Source: Eledone cirrhosa
Taxonomy: Eukaryota
DNA length: 64,000 nt
NCBI GenBank assembly: GCA_964016885.1
Contig: OZ024743.1
Coordinates: forward strand, 18,538,001-18,602,000
Reading direction: 5' to 3'
A program made the translations under genes and the position numbers. The stretch's first letter is position 1; each line of letters starts with the position of its first letter. Below, in pieces: positions 1 to 12,173 of the stretch. The notes beneath the pieces were generated by a model that was not told the DNA's origin, made no database searches, and was given only the letters and a program-made list of their open reading frames with translations.

Positions 1-18
1 TCTCCCCGTTATATATAT

Positions 19-191
19 GACGAAGGAAGTGTGGTAAGGAATCAGGTGGGCCATAACGCACCCGAGTACTCGACACTATAGGTTGTAGAGTGGGTAATAG
101 GAAAAGGTTCAGGACCACGACGGCAGAGCTCAAGTCATTTCACCAGTTATTTCTGGACTCCAGAAATAGCCGTCGGGATCCTGAACCTTTT

Positions 192-227
<36 letters not shown>

Positions 228-483
228 ATATTATATATTGTTATACTTTGGGAGGTACATGGTGACAACAAATGTATATATATATAGGAAAAGGTTCAGG
301 ACCCTGACGGCAGAGCTCAAGCCGTTTCGACGGCTATTTCTGGAGTCCAGAAATAGCAGGCGAAATGGCTTGAGATCTGCCGTCGTGCTGCTGAACCTTT
401 TCCTATTACCCACTCTACTACCTATAGTATCGAGTACTCTGGTGCGTAAAGGTCCACCCGATTCCTTACCACACTTCCTTCGC
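19..483. repeat. Fold-back pair of short PLE-like non-coding fragments in (TA)n; carries only the 3' half of a hammerhead (GAAACGGC...GCCGTC)
   Basis: 19-194 and 286-483 are near reverse complements, each with an internal palindrome centred on TTCTGGA(C/G)TCCAGAA; a related fragment lies at 11492-11565. Confidence 0.6.
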
Positions 484-496
484 TATATATATATAC

Positions 497-601
497 TTTT
501 AATATTATCATTGATAGTTTGCTTTACTCGAGCATTCAGCGCCCATCTTGGCAACCGCTTAAGGACGTAATTAATTTGCATCTCTAAAACGTGTGAATAT
601 A

Positions 602-673
<72 letters not shown>

Positions 674-677
674 CATA

Positions 678-753
<76 letters not shown>

Positions 754-863
754 TATATAAATTTCACAGGTTTTAGAGGTGCAAATTAATTACGTCCTTA
801 GGCGGTTGCCAAGATGAGCGCTGAATGCTCGAGTAAAGCAAGCTATCAATGATAATATTAAAA
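497..863. repeat. ~100-bp inverted repeat arms enclosing a ~160-bp (TA)n tract
   Basis: 497-598 is the reverse complement of 761-863 with few mismatches; (TA)n at ~598-756. Confidence 0.85.
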
Positions 864-903
864 GTAACAAAGAATAAGTGTTGCATCATATACATATTTA
901 ATT

Positions 904-995
904 ACATAATACACCTGTTTCACTACCGATCAGGTCGTGGAACGATCGAATAATGTTTGATCCTTACTCTGGAATCGGAAGCTCGTCCGATATGT
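904..995 (-). ncRNA. Degenerate type I hammerhead ribozyme (core CGGACGA)
   Basis: Minus strand: ACATAT-CGGACGA-GCTTCCGAT...ATCGGTAGT-GAAA-CAGGTG-TA-TTATGT; stems I and II pair, stem III near-palindromic, U4 mutated to G. Confidence 0.55.
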
Positions 996-1387
996 GTTCA
1001 CAAGTAGTCTCGCGTACAAGTATAGCTGCTACACACTATGCTAAAGGAATGTGTTATCGTCGTATCCATCCTATTAAATTGTATGCGGTCAAATTCCAGT
1101 GGTGAGGCGACCAAGAACTTTTTCAGCCATTGCCTGGTCAACATGATATTTTATGGTGATCTCCTCCAGTATACATTCATTCGTAACATCCCGTGTGGTG
1201 GGAGTCGGTGATTGTTGTCTTTGAAGTACTAAATAAAGAGTTAAAAAAAAATCTAATATAAGGCATTAGAAAGATAAATAATACACCGAAACAAAAATAA
1301 AGGGATAAAGAAATAAATAGTAGGGACAGAAAGAACACGATAGTGAGATGAAAAGAATAAGAAGGATAAAATAAAATAAAATAAATG

Positions 1388-1390
<3 letters not shown>

Positions 1391-1470
<80 letters not shown>
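1391..1470. repeat. (AG)n microsatellite
   Basis: Pure AG run; source of the SLSL spurious ORFs. Confidence 0.95.
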
Positions 1471-2150
1471 TGCGTGTGTGTGTGTGCACGCACATTTCTA
1501 TTTAATGAAATGTGGGTATTTTTAGGAAGGCGCTACGTCGCAGGTGGAGGTTGATGTACCAAAGAAACGAAATCGGTATGTTTCGTGCACACGAGTACAT
1601 ATGTCATATACATTGTTACATTAATTGGTGAAATATATTTCTTTAATGGAATATATACAGGGAAGATTAATCATATTATAAGGTATCTATTTTGGAAGTT
1701 CTGGTCAACTTTATTTAGTTACCTACCTAGCTATGTGTGGTTACTATGTGTGATTATTCATGTTTATTTATATGTTAATCATTTTCTAGTTATTACATTG
1801 TTACATTAATATATATATTCTAGTCGAAAACTACCACCTTCTGTATATACGACTTTCACTACTCGTACTACAGCTGTTAGAACTAAAGAGCGTCCCTGAA
1901 AGACATCACCGATTTCTACAAGGTTTCACTTCAAGTCTCATCCTTGGTAATAAATGGTGTATCAACAATATTTGGACTAATAAATTACTAAGGTCTTACT
2001 CCGTGATTCGTATCATTGTATTTGACTTCTACTTCAACCCACTTCGTTGCATTGCAATTCCAAATCCATCTGCATTTTAATTGTTTCCTTAATCATACCC
2101 ACTTTTCATTTCTATTATTCCACGATGCTTCAAGTAATTTGTAATATCCT

Positions 2151-2262
<112 letters not shown>

Positions 2263-2430
2263 GGAATTTATATCTAGTAACATATATATACACACAGATG
2301 CATATCAATGCTAGCAAATATATAGGTTTTGTCTTATTAACAATGTGGTTCAATGCATGGGGTTGCAGAACAATAATATGAGAGACGTAAAATAAGAAAA
2401 TTATAAAATTAACTTACTTACTAAAAAATC

Positions 2431-2513
2431 ACTTCCAACTAATTAGTTTCTGGAATGGAGTAAATATATTTTCCGAAGAAACATATACAAAATCATTCCG
2501 TCATCAGGAAAGT
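2431..2513 (-). ncRNA. Type I hammerhead ribozyme, family B
   Basis: ACTTTC-CTGATGA-C-GGAATG...CATTCC-A-GAAA-CTAATTAG-TT-GGAAGT; palindromic stem III ACTAATTAGT; cUUCGg tetraloop inside stem II. Confidence 0.85.
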
Positions 2514-3188
2514 CTTTTTCCGTATAGGTCTCCAGTCATAGCGAGGACACTGGAAACTTATTAAAAAAATAATTCAGTTGAATGGAAATAGCAAAGCGTG
2601 GACTGGATTCCAAGCCATTGAGAAAATCACTGCCTCCTCGTCTGTGGCAAATTCAAAAAGAATCAATCACGTGACATCGAGGTTAATCAGTGGAAAGCGA
2701 ATGGTTATTAAGACAGCGGCCAGCTTACTACCATAGTAGCAGTCATGGCCAAATATTGCTCGACAAATGAATTGGAGATAATTATAAGGAATTTATATCT
2801 AGTAACATTTATATACACACAGATGCATATCAATGCTAGCAAATACATAGGTTTTGTCTTATTAACAATGTGGTTCAATGCATGGGGTTGCAGAACAATA
2901 ATATGAGAGACTTAAAATAAGAAAATTATAAAATTAACTTACTTACTAAAAAATCACTTCCAACTAATTAATTTCTGGAATGGAGTAAATATATTTTCCG
3001 AATGGAGTAAATATATTTTCCTCGAGGTCACGTGAGTGATTCTTTTTGAATTTGCCACAGACGAGGAGGCAGTGATTTTCTCAATGGCTTGGAATCCAGT
3101 CCACGCTTTGCTATTTCCATTCCACTGAATTATTTTTTTAATAAGTTTCCAGTGTCCTCGCTATGTCTGGAGACTTATACGGAAAAAG

Positions 3189-3271
3189 ACTTTCCTGATG
3201 ACGGAAGGATTTTGTATATGTTTCTTCGGAAAATATATTTACTCCATTCCAGAAACTAATTAGTTGGAAGT
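3189..3271 (+). ncRNA. Type I hammerhead ribozyme, family B
   Basis: Same motif as 2431-2513 on the plus strand; CTGATGA 3195-3201, GAAA 3252-3255. Confidence 0.8.
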
Positions 3272-3713
3272 GATTTTTTAGTAAGTAAGTTAATTTTATA
3301 ATTTTCTTATTTTACGTCTCTCATATTATTGTTCTGCAACCCCATGCATTGAACCACATTGTTAATAAGACAAAACCTATGTATTTGCTAGCATTGATAT
3401 GCATATGTGTGTATATATATGTTACTAGATATAAATTCCTTATAATTATCTCCAATTCATTTGTCGAGCAATATTTGGCCATGACTGCTACTATGGTAGT
3501 AAGCTGGCCGCTGTCTTAATAAACACTCGCTTTCCACTGATTGACCTCGATGTCACGTGATTGATTCTTTTTGAATTTGCCACAGACGAGGAGGCAGTGA
3601 TTTTCTCAATGGCTTGGAATCCAGTCCACGCTTTGCTATTTTCATTCCACTGAATTATTTTTTTGATAAGTTTCCAGTGTCCTCGCTATGCCTGGAGACC
3701 TATACGGAAAAAG

Positions 3714-3796
3714 ACTTTCCTGATGACGGAAGGATTTTGTATGTGTTTCTTCGGAAAATATATTTACTCCATTCCAGAAACTAATTAGTTGGAAGT
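3714..3796 (+). ncRNA. Type I hammerhead ribozyme, family B (tandem copy)
   Basis: CTGATGA 3720-3726; 525 bp downstream of the previous copy. Confidence 0.8.
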
Positions 3797-3870
3797 GATT
3801 TTTTAGTAAGTAAGTTAATTTTATAATTTTCTTACTTTACGTCTCTCATATATATATATATATATATCTG

Positions 3871-3952
<82 letters not shown>

Positions 3953-4038
3953 AGTTGTATTTAATTTGTTGGAATTCCGACAACATAAATGTTTATGACT
4001 GATTTAGAGCACTCAACAAGTTACTGGAGTAAATATTC

Positions 4039-4104
4039 CATCATACCTTATCGGTGGGACATTCACTGACTATCCAGTGAATTTCCGACCGATAAGGTAT
4101 GATG
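4039..4104. repeat. 66-bp imperfect palindrome (fold-back junction)
   Basis: CATCATACCTTATCGGT...ACCGATAAGGTATGATG with inner ATTCACTG/CAGTGAAT. Confidence 0.8.
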
Positions 4105-4142
4105 TTCATGGGTACGTCATTATTTATAAAACAAACTTTGTA

Positions 4143-4203
4143 TTTTATCTGATGAAAGCGCACCAAGGTTGGCTTGGTTGCCCTTGAAATATGTATAATA
4201 ACA
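4143..4203 (+). ncRNA. Type I hammerhead ribozyme, family C
   Basis: TTAT-CTGATGA-AAG.GCACCAAG..CTTGGTTGC.CTT-GAAA-TATGTA-TA-ATAA; canonical core, extended stem II, near-palindromic stem III. Confidence 0.75.
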
Positions 4204-4528
4204 TAAATATGGTTTTATAAATATAGTTTCCATTTATGTAAAATGATGGTATATATATATATGTGTGTGTGGGTGGGGGGGTATACTCTGTAGAAAAGTG
4301 GCAGTGATATCCACGGTTCAGCTTAGGTTGTTCATCTGGAAAACAAATGGAAAATTGTATTTACTGCATATAATAATTTCCTACATTGACCCTTACATTG
4401 AAGGCTCGTTCAATATATGAATAAATGTTTAATATATTACCGTAATGTATTTCAAACACATTCTTATACGCAAACACACAGACACGCACACATACACACA
4501 CACACACACGCATATATATATATGTGCA

Positions 4529-4579
<51 letters not shown>

Positions 4580-4699
4580 ATGTGTGCTTTTGTTTGTGTA
4601 TTCATTTTTCAAAACTTTTTAGCCAGATATTTTCATGCAAACATTTAAAATCTAACCTTTCGAAAGAAATTCATGTTACTCTCGGCGTTTATTTATAAA

Positions 4700-6400
4700 T
4701 TTATACTTGGGTTTAAATGCTGGTTTGTTGATTGATTTAGTTAGACCAAACTGCTTGATAGCAGCTTTTCTTTTTCTTCGAGCTACTGACAGTTTATAAA
4801 TGTGTTGTCGAATTGCTGAAATGATCAGTTATATATACATGGGTATATAATTTCTATAGATATTGTTAGTTGTAATGCTTGAATTATATGTTGTCCCCAA
4901 TAACAATGTTGAGGGTCATACACGTTTAGACACGGAGTACAATGTTATTATAACTATATAATGAGGCAGCCTATATAGACGAGCTCATATTGTTGAACAT
5001 ATATAGAATAATTCCCTGAATATATACTCTTCTCGCTTGAGAATTATAGGGCAGGTTTAAATATCTCTTCATCGAAAAGTTTTCCATGCGGAATGATAAC
5101 ATATTTCGTGAAGAATACGTTAACTGCTTACTAAAATATGGAACATGTTTTCTTCTGCTTTCAGTAAAAATAATCTGATTCCTTCCACATGTTCTTTAAT
5201 TGTTGATCTGTGAATTGGTTCGAAAAAAATAAATGTATATACTATTATTTGGATTTCCCAATATATTCCTTCAGTTAGTGCTCAATGATAACTAACGGAA
5301 CACATGTTTGGTTTTAAAACTTGCCGTATCGATATCTTGGTATGGAATGGGAAACAAAAATAAACAAGCCATGTACTCATTGTTGCGTCTCAAATAAATA
5401 AATCATGTTAATGTCGACAAAACTTCGTCAATGTTACCAACGATATCAGCGATGGGTACAAATTCCAATAGAAGCACACGTTTGTTAATATTGTGCATGC
5501 ACATATATATCATTAATATAATAACTGATGCATTCTGTTTTTCATATAAGATGACTAAATAAAATAAAATGAAAAACACATTTCTGAAAGAAACATAGGC
5601 TTCTATAAAGATTAACCAAAATCACATTTGATATCAGATACAAACACATGTAAATATTATTCTCGTTGTCGAAGCCGTCATAGTTAAACCAGATTGTCGA
5701 GTACAGCGTATTAAAATTAAATATCTCTTCAGGTCAATTTTCTTTCAAAACATATATTTAATAAACAATTCAACTGATTAAACACCATTGCTTAGATGAA
5801 TTTTAAGAACCAATTCCTTGAAACAAAGCACTATGAAGTTCTCTGTGAATATATTGTTTTCTATGGCAAACCAAGCTACAATTCCCCCTACAATAGAGAA
5901 ATATATTGAACGAGGAATAAAAAATGAATGTATTAGTCGATGATCAAATTAGTAATGCAACAAATGTCTTTTTCTGTAGATACGGAAGGAGTTTATAAAT
6001 ACATGTATGTGTAAATGATTATTAACAAGGAATATTATCCCTGACAAGTAGTGATCCAAATCATGAATTGACCATGGGATACAGAGCACATAAGTAATGC
6101 ATGACATCATTTATTTCAAGACGTTTTATAAAATACCATTTTAGAGCATAGCAATAAAAACAGATATCGATTTATATTTGCTCCAATTCTGACGAATTTG
6201 AATAAATTTCAGCAATTCGCATTACCTTTCTCTCAATTTAATAAAAATTGATTTGTCTAAAGTATGACTTTAGACAAAATGACCCCATAAATTACATATA
6301 CGAATAAAATATCTAGACACATTTTCACCAGTATTGATTGTTATTTGCACTTTATGCAGTGTCACTATAATTTATAGAAAATAAGATAATAACGATACAT
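4700..6400 (-). pseudogene. Possible very degraded PLE reverse transcriptase relic
   Basis: Minus-strand fragments in the expected order: TA*SANN (~6350, resembles DKA.NN), FNFNTLYSTI (~5700, resembles DFSTLYT.I), PIADI (~5450); many stops and frameshifts. Confidence 0.25.
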
Positions 6401-6864
6401 ACAATACATTACCATTCGCAGCTAAAATTCACTGCAAAACCAACGATAAAAAGTCTACGTGTTTTCTAAATATATTAGACGTAGAACTTCAATGTCCTTT
6501 AAAGAAATATAAAGCGATATTTTGGAGCAGAAAATATCCATAAGGATAGTAAAATAGGTCTAATATTTTAACCTTCTTCAATTACGTTCGTTTCATAATG
6601 GATCAATACGTCAACAGATGGGAAACCTAGATGAAATTTAATTTTATAATATCTACCAATGATATAATTAGATTTGACGTTAAACGCGCAAATTAATGTT
6701 GTAAAAATAAATTACCGATTAAACCATTCTTGTCAACGATTCAGTATGCACAGTGTTACAGATATTTGGTAATGAAAATATTTCCTTTAACAACAATTAC
6801 ATTGTGTTCGAATTCTGTATATAATGCATGGTATATCAATGAATAGTAAGATATACAGAGGGAT

Positions 6865-6911
<47 letters not shown>

Positions 6912-6915
<4 letters not shown>

Positions 6916-7100
6916 GTTTCTCTTTTAGGCACAAGGCTAGCAATTACCCAGTACATTACTGGTACTTTATTTTATCGACCCCGTAATAGTGAAAGGCAAA
7001 GTTAACCTCGGCGGGATTTGAACTCAGATCATAAAGGGACTAAATCTATGCTTCAGAGCATGGTGTCCGACTCTCTACCGATACTGCCAATCCACCGCCT
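6912..7100 (-). mobile_element. tRNA-derived SINE
   Basis: A box TGGCAGTATCGG, B box GAGTTCAAATCC, body GCCTTTCA...GGGGTCGATAAAATAAAGTACC; second copy at 55325-55508. Confidence 0.85.
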
Positions 7101-7648
7101 ATATATATATAAAGCACATACATATGATTAGGCACAGACATACATGGATACACAACCAAGAATTTAGTGAGCCATTGTTTACATGAAGATAATATAGATT
7201 TTGTGACATGTCATGGTGGTCAGATGATTGGAGATTTAAAATAAGGTGTTTCTACTGTACATTCAAAAGGATGAATCAGTTATCCTGGTGAAAAAGGTTG
7301 GAAATTGCAGAAAAGAAGAAGCACCTGCCGAAAGCTCAGTTGGAATTTAAACAGGTCTGTCTTTTCTAGGATGCATTGCTTGATGCAGGTGTATGAGTTC
7401 CATGATTCTAGAAGCTTTGGGTAAAATGAGACCATGCGGAGGGAATATGTGTATAGCTCTTGCACCTAAAAATGCGTGGATCGTGGATAATCTTTCTCCA
7501 GAATTCGTTCAAACTAAGGTCTATATAATTCATCGAGATATATTGTGTTTCTCTGATACTCGCATCTCGTTCATGACAGCTTGTTGCGAAACCCGTTAAA
7601 TGTGTGCTTTTATCCGATGTTTATGATATATATATATATATATATAAG

Positions 7649-7679
<31 letters not shown>

Positions 7680-8004
7680 ATGTATGTGTGTGTGTGTGTG
7701 CCTGCGTGGGTGTATGTATGTGTGTGTGTTTGGGCTATTTCTCCAGGTAACTGCCTACCTATTATACTATTTATGTCACCCCAGCTGCCTAATTATCTCT
7801 CGTTATATATATATATAGTAAGAATATTTTGGAAACAGCGAGTGGGTTTGAAATTATTAGAAATGTAAGCTATCGCCGTATTTTGAAAAAGATGAGTATT
7901 GGCGTACATGTACGTCCATTTCTCCGAGGGTTCTTAACCCCACTATCAGGCTAAATAATTTCTTTAATGTCTTCAGTCAAAATACGGCGATAGCTTACAT
8001 TTCT

Positions 8005-8048
<44 letters not shown>

Positions 8049-8051
<3 letters not shown>

Positions 8052-8340
8052 GAACTGGGCATTACAGAGTATTGACAAAATTATACACCTCAACAACATA
8101 TGTACTTGTCTATACCACACTAATTCGGACTGCCTGAAGAGATCACAGCCAAAGATGGCTGTCACCGAAATATATATAGCAGTATATAGCAGTAATAAAC
8201 GAAGATACATTTTAAATATTTAACTTATTTATTTTACTTTATTTTACATTAATCCGGAGTAACCAAACCAACCTGCGCACTTCGTCGAGTGCTCCAGCCT
8301 GCATACTGAGGTGTTGGTATACAACCAACATATACTCAAA
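8049..8340 (+). mobile_element. Non-coding HHR-bearing PLE-like fragment, family D
   Basis: Matches 12039-12322; both ends in (TA)n. Confidence 0.75.
8129..8183 (+). ncRNA. Type I hammerhead ribozyme, family D
   Basis: ACTGC-CTGAAGA-...ACAGCC-AAAGAT-GGCTGT...-GAAA-TATATA-TA-GCAGT; perfect stem I, stem III is itself a TA palindrome. Confidence 0.8.
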
Positions 8341-8380
<40 letters not shown>

Positions 8381-8416
8381 ATAATAATAAATTTGAAGAC
8401 AAAAATCCAAAGAGCC

Positions 8417-8497
8417 TGTCTCCTGATGAGTTCGATAATCGAGATTTAATCTTAATAGGATATCTCAAAACGCGAACGAAACCTAGGATTAGGGACA
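8417..8497 (+). ncRNA. Type I hammerhead ribozyme, family E (stem III/cleavage triplet imperfect)
   Basis: TGTCTC-CTGATGA-GTTCG...CGAAC-GAAA-CCTAGG-ATTA-GGGACA. Confidence 0.65.
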
Positions 8498-9070
8498 AAA
8501 TCACGGTAAGAGTGTACTCATTTCTTCTAACTTTAAATTTATACCTAATTGTGTATGGTTGACGGTATATTTAGTCAGTTTCTACATGCTGTTGAAATGT
8601 TGGATAAATATTCTGTTGCGGTCGGCCGCGATGAGGCTGCTGTAGTTTATTTATCAAATAGTTCTTCATAGGAGCCGTTATTCTTATAGCCTGGTCTAAT
8701 TGATTTTTTTATGTGGTTAATTATGCTAATTGGGAGAGGAAATAGTGTATATATTTTATCAAATGATTCTATGGACATAATTTATGATATATTGCTCTGA
8801 TTATTTAATTTATTAATTCTTCATTGAGCCACATCGTGAATGGTTGCGACATATATATCTATGACTTTGTGTATATGTAAATCTTTATATTTAATACTCG
8901 ACCAGTAGATTGAGATGCAATTGGGCTGCGCTTTCTAGCAAGCAGCCCACTAGCCGTAGCAACTAATCACACTCTTTCTAACTTGACCACTGCCACGTCA
9001 CGATTCTTAGCCATTTTTTATTCTATTACTGGCGGAGATCGCTTTGGAAAATTGACTGTCCTATGAGTTT

Positions 9071-9149
9071 TTCTCCTGATGAGTTCGCTACTCGAGATTT
9101 AGCCTTAATAGGATATCTCGAAACGCGAATGAAACCTAGGATAGGGACA
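9071..9149 (+). ncRNA. Type I hammerhead ribozyme, family E (tandem copy)
   Basis: CTC-CTGATGA-GTTCGC...GCGAAT-GAAA-CCTAGG-ATA-GGG. Confidence 0.6.
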
Positions 9150-9432
9150 TAATCACGGTAAGAATGTACTCATTTCTTCTAACTTTAAATTTACACTTAA
9201 TTGTGTATGGTTGACGGTGTATTTAGTCAGTTTCTACATGTGGAAATGTTGGGTAAATATTACGTTGCGGTCGGCCGCGAAGAGGCTGCTGTAGTTTATT
9301 TATCAAATATTTCTTCATAGGAGCTCTTATTCTTATAGCCTGGTCTAAATGATTTTTTATGTGGTTAATTATGCTAATTGTGAGAGGAAATAGTGTATAT
9401 ATTATATCAAATGATTGTATGGACATAATTTA

Positions 9433-9503
<71 letters not shown>

Positions 9504-9589
9504 GAAAAATTGAACAGGGACAGAAAAGAGAGGCAGTACGATAAATGTTTATTAAATTCACGCTCAGGAGAGTGGGGGTTAGGTGGGGG

Positions 9590-9621
9590 ACGACGTTTCG
9601 GGCATAAGCCCTTCTTCAGGT
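9590..9621 (-). ncRNA. Minimal type I hammerhead motif, family F
   Basis: AC-CTGAAGA-A-GGGC-TTAT-GCCC-GAAA-CG-TC-GT; 4-nt palindromic stem III, only 2-bp stem I. Confidence 0.6.
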
Positions 9622-10448
9622 GAGAGTTCAAAAGGTGTGTAGGGGAGTGGTGGAGAGACATATAGCGAAAGGAAACGGTGCGAATGAAAAATTAACAAAT
9701 AAAGACAAAAATATAATAAATAATAAATAAAAATAAAGCATGATCAAAATACAAGGAATGAGAAAATTTAAAAATAAAGGCATGATCAAAATAAACTGAA
9801 ATTAAAAGGGGGGTAAACAGGTGGTGGAAGGGTGTGGGGTGAGTAGAGGTGGTGGCGGGTGGAGTGGGGAGAGGGAGACGGGGTGTCCGAGCGGGGAGGG
9901 CTGAAGGTGGTGTGTGTGGTTAGGTGTGCGTGTGTGTGTGTGTATGTGAAAATGAGGGTTGGGGGAAGAACGGGGTTGCATGTTCAGGAAGGTGTGTGTG
10001 GGGGGGGTTTCTGTGGGTCGGAGGGTCTGTGCGTGTGTGGATAGGGGGTGGGGGGGAGAGGAATCAGGGAGCTGAGGGTGTAAATATGTGGTGGGAAGCA
10101 CGTGTGTGTGGTTTAAGCGTGTTGTGGGTGTGGGTTGCGTGTGGATAAAAAAAATTTGTTGGGGTGTATGTATGGGTGAGTTATATAGGTGATGGTGTAA
10201 GAGGATGGTTGAAAAGTGGTAAGTTACACGGATGTATGGAGTTTTGGTTGGAAGTCAATAACGCGTGTGGGTAATCCAAGAAGCGGTGGTCGGAACAGGA
10301 GAGATGTGGGGTGCGCGCGCAACAGGAAGTGGTCAGCAGTGGAAGTGCTGTGGTCAGTTGGTACTGAGACAGTGGTCGGAAGGGCATAGCAGCAGTCGGC
10401 GGAATGGTAGGGAGGCGAGGATGGTTAGGTGTGAGAGTTGGAGTGAGG

Positions 10449-10497
<49 letters not shown>

Positions 10498-10974
10498 TAG
10501 TAGGGGTGTTAGTGGGATGAGTGAGTGTGGAGCGGGGAGAGAAGGGTGTATGTGGTTCTATGGAGGAAGTGTGGTGTACTGGTGTGTGTGTAGTTTGGTG
10601 AAGAGGTGTTAGTGGGTGTTAGTATACGGGTGGTGGGGAGGGGTGGAATGCAGGTGTGAGTGTGGATTAGTGGGGGTAGGGTGTGTAGAGTTGGTGGTGT
10701 ACGAGGGTGTGTGGGTACGTGTGCGTGGGGTTGGAGGGAGTTAGTGATGTTAGTTGCGTGTGGGGTGGGTGGTGTAAGTGGGTGCGTGTGTGCGTGTGAT
10801 AAGGAAGGGGGAGGAGGAGAACAGGGGAGGGAAGGGATGTTAGTATGTTAGTTGGGGAAGGGTGGTCAGATGAGGGGTGGAGTGGAGGTGTTAGTATTGT
10901 TAGTGTGGGGTGGGCAGTGAAAAGGAGGGGTGTGTTAGTGGTGTTAGTGGGGGATAAGTGTGGGGGGAGGGGGG

Positions 10975-11203
10975 CAGTCGAACGCTAAAGGAATAAGGGT
11001 GGGGAGTTCAGGCTGGGGGGAGTGTGGGTCTGTAAGATGAAGATAGTACGTTGTTCGACCGTAAGGCGATGGGCGGGTGTTCCGTGGCACTGGAGTAGGC
11101 CACAGACTGTGAGATGGCGTGCGGAGTGTCCAGGGCCACCAAAGTGGCGGGCGATGGGGGAACTGCCCCCGAGACGAATGTCCCGGAGGTGCTCCGTGAC
11201 TCG
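10975..11203 (-). pseudogene. C-terminal half of PLE GIY-YIG endonuclease (frame not in the ORF track)
   Basis: Manual translation RVTEHLRDIRLGGSSPIARHFGGPGHSARHLTVCGLLQCHGTPAHRLTVEQRTIFILQTHTPPSLN fits the R.EH...P.A.HF...H...R..EQ..I..L.T..P..LN pattern. Confidence 0.8.
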
Positions 11204-11661
11204 GTAAATAGTAGCCGGAAGTTAAATACATATGAAAAATAAAATAAAGTTAGTGAGTACATTTTTAAGGTATAAATGAAATATGGAAAAAATTGATTAA
11301 ATCGAAAGAAAAAATACAGAATTAAAAGCAATTTACATAGAACGTTGTAATTAAATAATATTTAAATTAGATTATTTTTTTGTGATGCTCGTAATTTTGG
11401 TCGGGTCGGGTGGTAGTGATACCTTCGAAAATAAACGCACACACACACGCACATATATATATACATATATATAAATATATATATATATATAACGAAGGAA
11501 GACGAAGTCCAGATATAGCCGTTGAAACGGCTTGAGCTCTGCCGTCTGGGTCAAACATTTTCCTATATATATAAGATACATTATCTCGGGTTCAATCGGG
11601 GGTAACCACAATAGGTAAGGTTCTCAATACAGTGCAGAGTATAAATGTTTAATATAGAAAA

Positions 11662-11710
11662 GCCTCTACAGTACTAGAACTGTTTCATTCTTGAGAAATC
11701 ATCAGGAAGC
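11662..11710 (-). ncRNA. Type I hammerhead ribozyme, family G
   Basis: GCTTC-CTGATGA-T-TTC-TCAA-GAA-T-GAAA-CAG-TTCTAGTA-CTG-TA-GAGGC; GUA cleavage triplet. Confidence 0.8.
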
Positions 11711-11757
11711 TTCCTGATTATTTCTCATGAATGAAACAGTTCTACTCCTGTAGAAGC
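11709..11757 (+). ncRNA. Mirror-image copy of family G hammerhead, G8 mutated (CTGATTA)
   Basis: Palindromic partner of 11662-11710 about AAGCTT at 11707-11712. Confidence 0.55.
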
Positions 11758-11769
11758 TTTTCTATAGTA

Positions 11770-11815
<46 letters not shown>

Positions 11816-11860
11816 AAGTTAAATAAAAAGTCAAATGATTAAAATTTAGCATCGTTTATT

Positions 11861-11915
11861 ACTGCTATATATGTTTCAGTGACAGCCATCTTTGGCTGTG
11901 ACCTCTTCAGGCAGT
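11861..11915 (-). ncRNA. Type I hammerhead ribozyme, family D
   Basis: Reverse complement of 12119-12173. Confidence 0.8.
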
Positions 11916-12118
11916 TTGAATTAGTATGGTATAGACAAGTACATATGTTGTTGAGGTGTATAATATTGTCAATGTTGTTATTTCACTGAGTAACTGGAAT
12001 CATATGATTCCAGTTACTCAGTGAAATAACAACCCTACCAGGAACTGGGCATATCAGAGTATTGACAATATTATACACCTCAACAACATATGTACTTGTC
12101 TATACCATACTAATTCAA

Positions 12119-12173
12119 ACTGCCTGAAGAGGTCACAGCCAAAGATGGCTGTCACTGAAACATATATAGCAGT
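12119..12173 (+). ncRNA. Type I hammerhead ribozyme, family D
   Basis: ACTGC-CTGAAGA-GGTCACAGCC-AAAGAT-GGCTGTCACT-GAAA-CATATA-TA-GCAGT. Confidence 0.82.

Larger units (their letters stand above)
8375..9436 (+). mobile_element. Non-coding HHR-bearing element, family E: 653-bp monomer, ~1.55 tandem units, in (TA)n
   Basis: 8420-8790 is repeated at 9073-9436; an HHR motif opens each unit. Confidence 0.8.
9501..11205 (-). mobile_element. 5'-truncated Neptune-type Penelope-like element with long C/A-rich 3' UTR
   Basis: GIY-YIG C-terminal half at ~11203-10975, ~1.3 kb low-complexity UTR, minimal HHR near the 3' end, ends in (TA)n. Confidence 0.75.

Noticed and set aside
7325-7465. Possible host exon on minus (ttttag...CAG|gt, 47 open codons)
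   Set aside because: The peptide SFYPKLLESWNS...FK resembles a decayed LINE RT C-terminus and no partner exons were found
7852-8010. CTGAAGA and GAAA on minus within a 36-bp inverted repeat
   Set aside because: No convincing stem I, II or III could be formed
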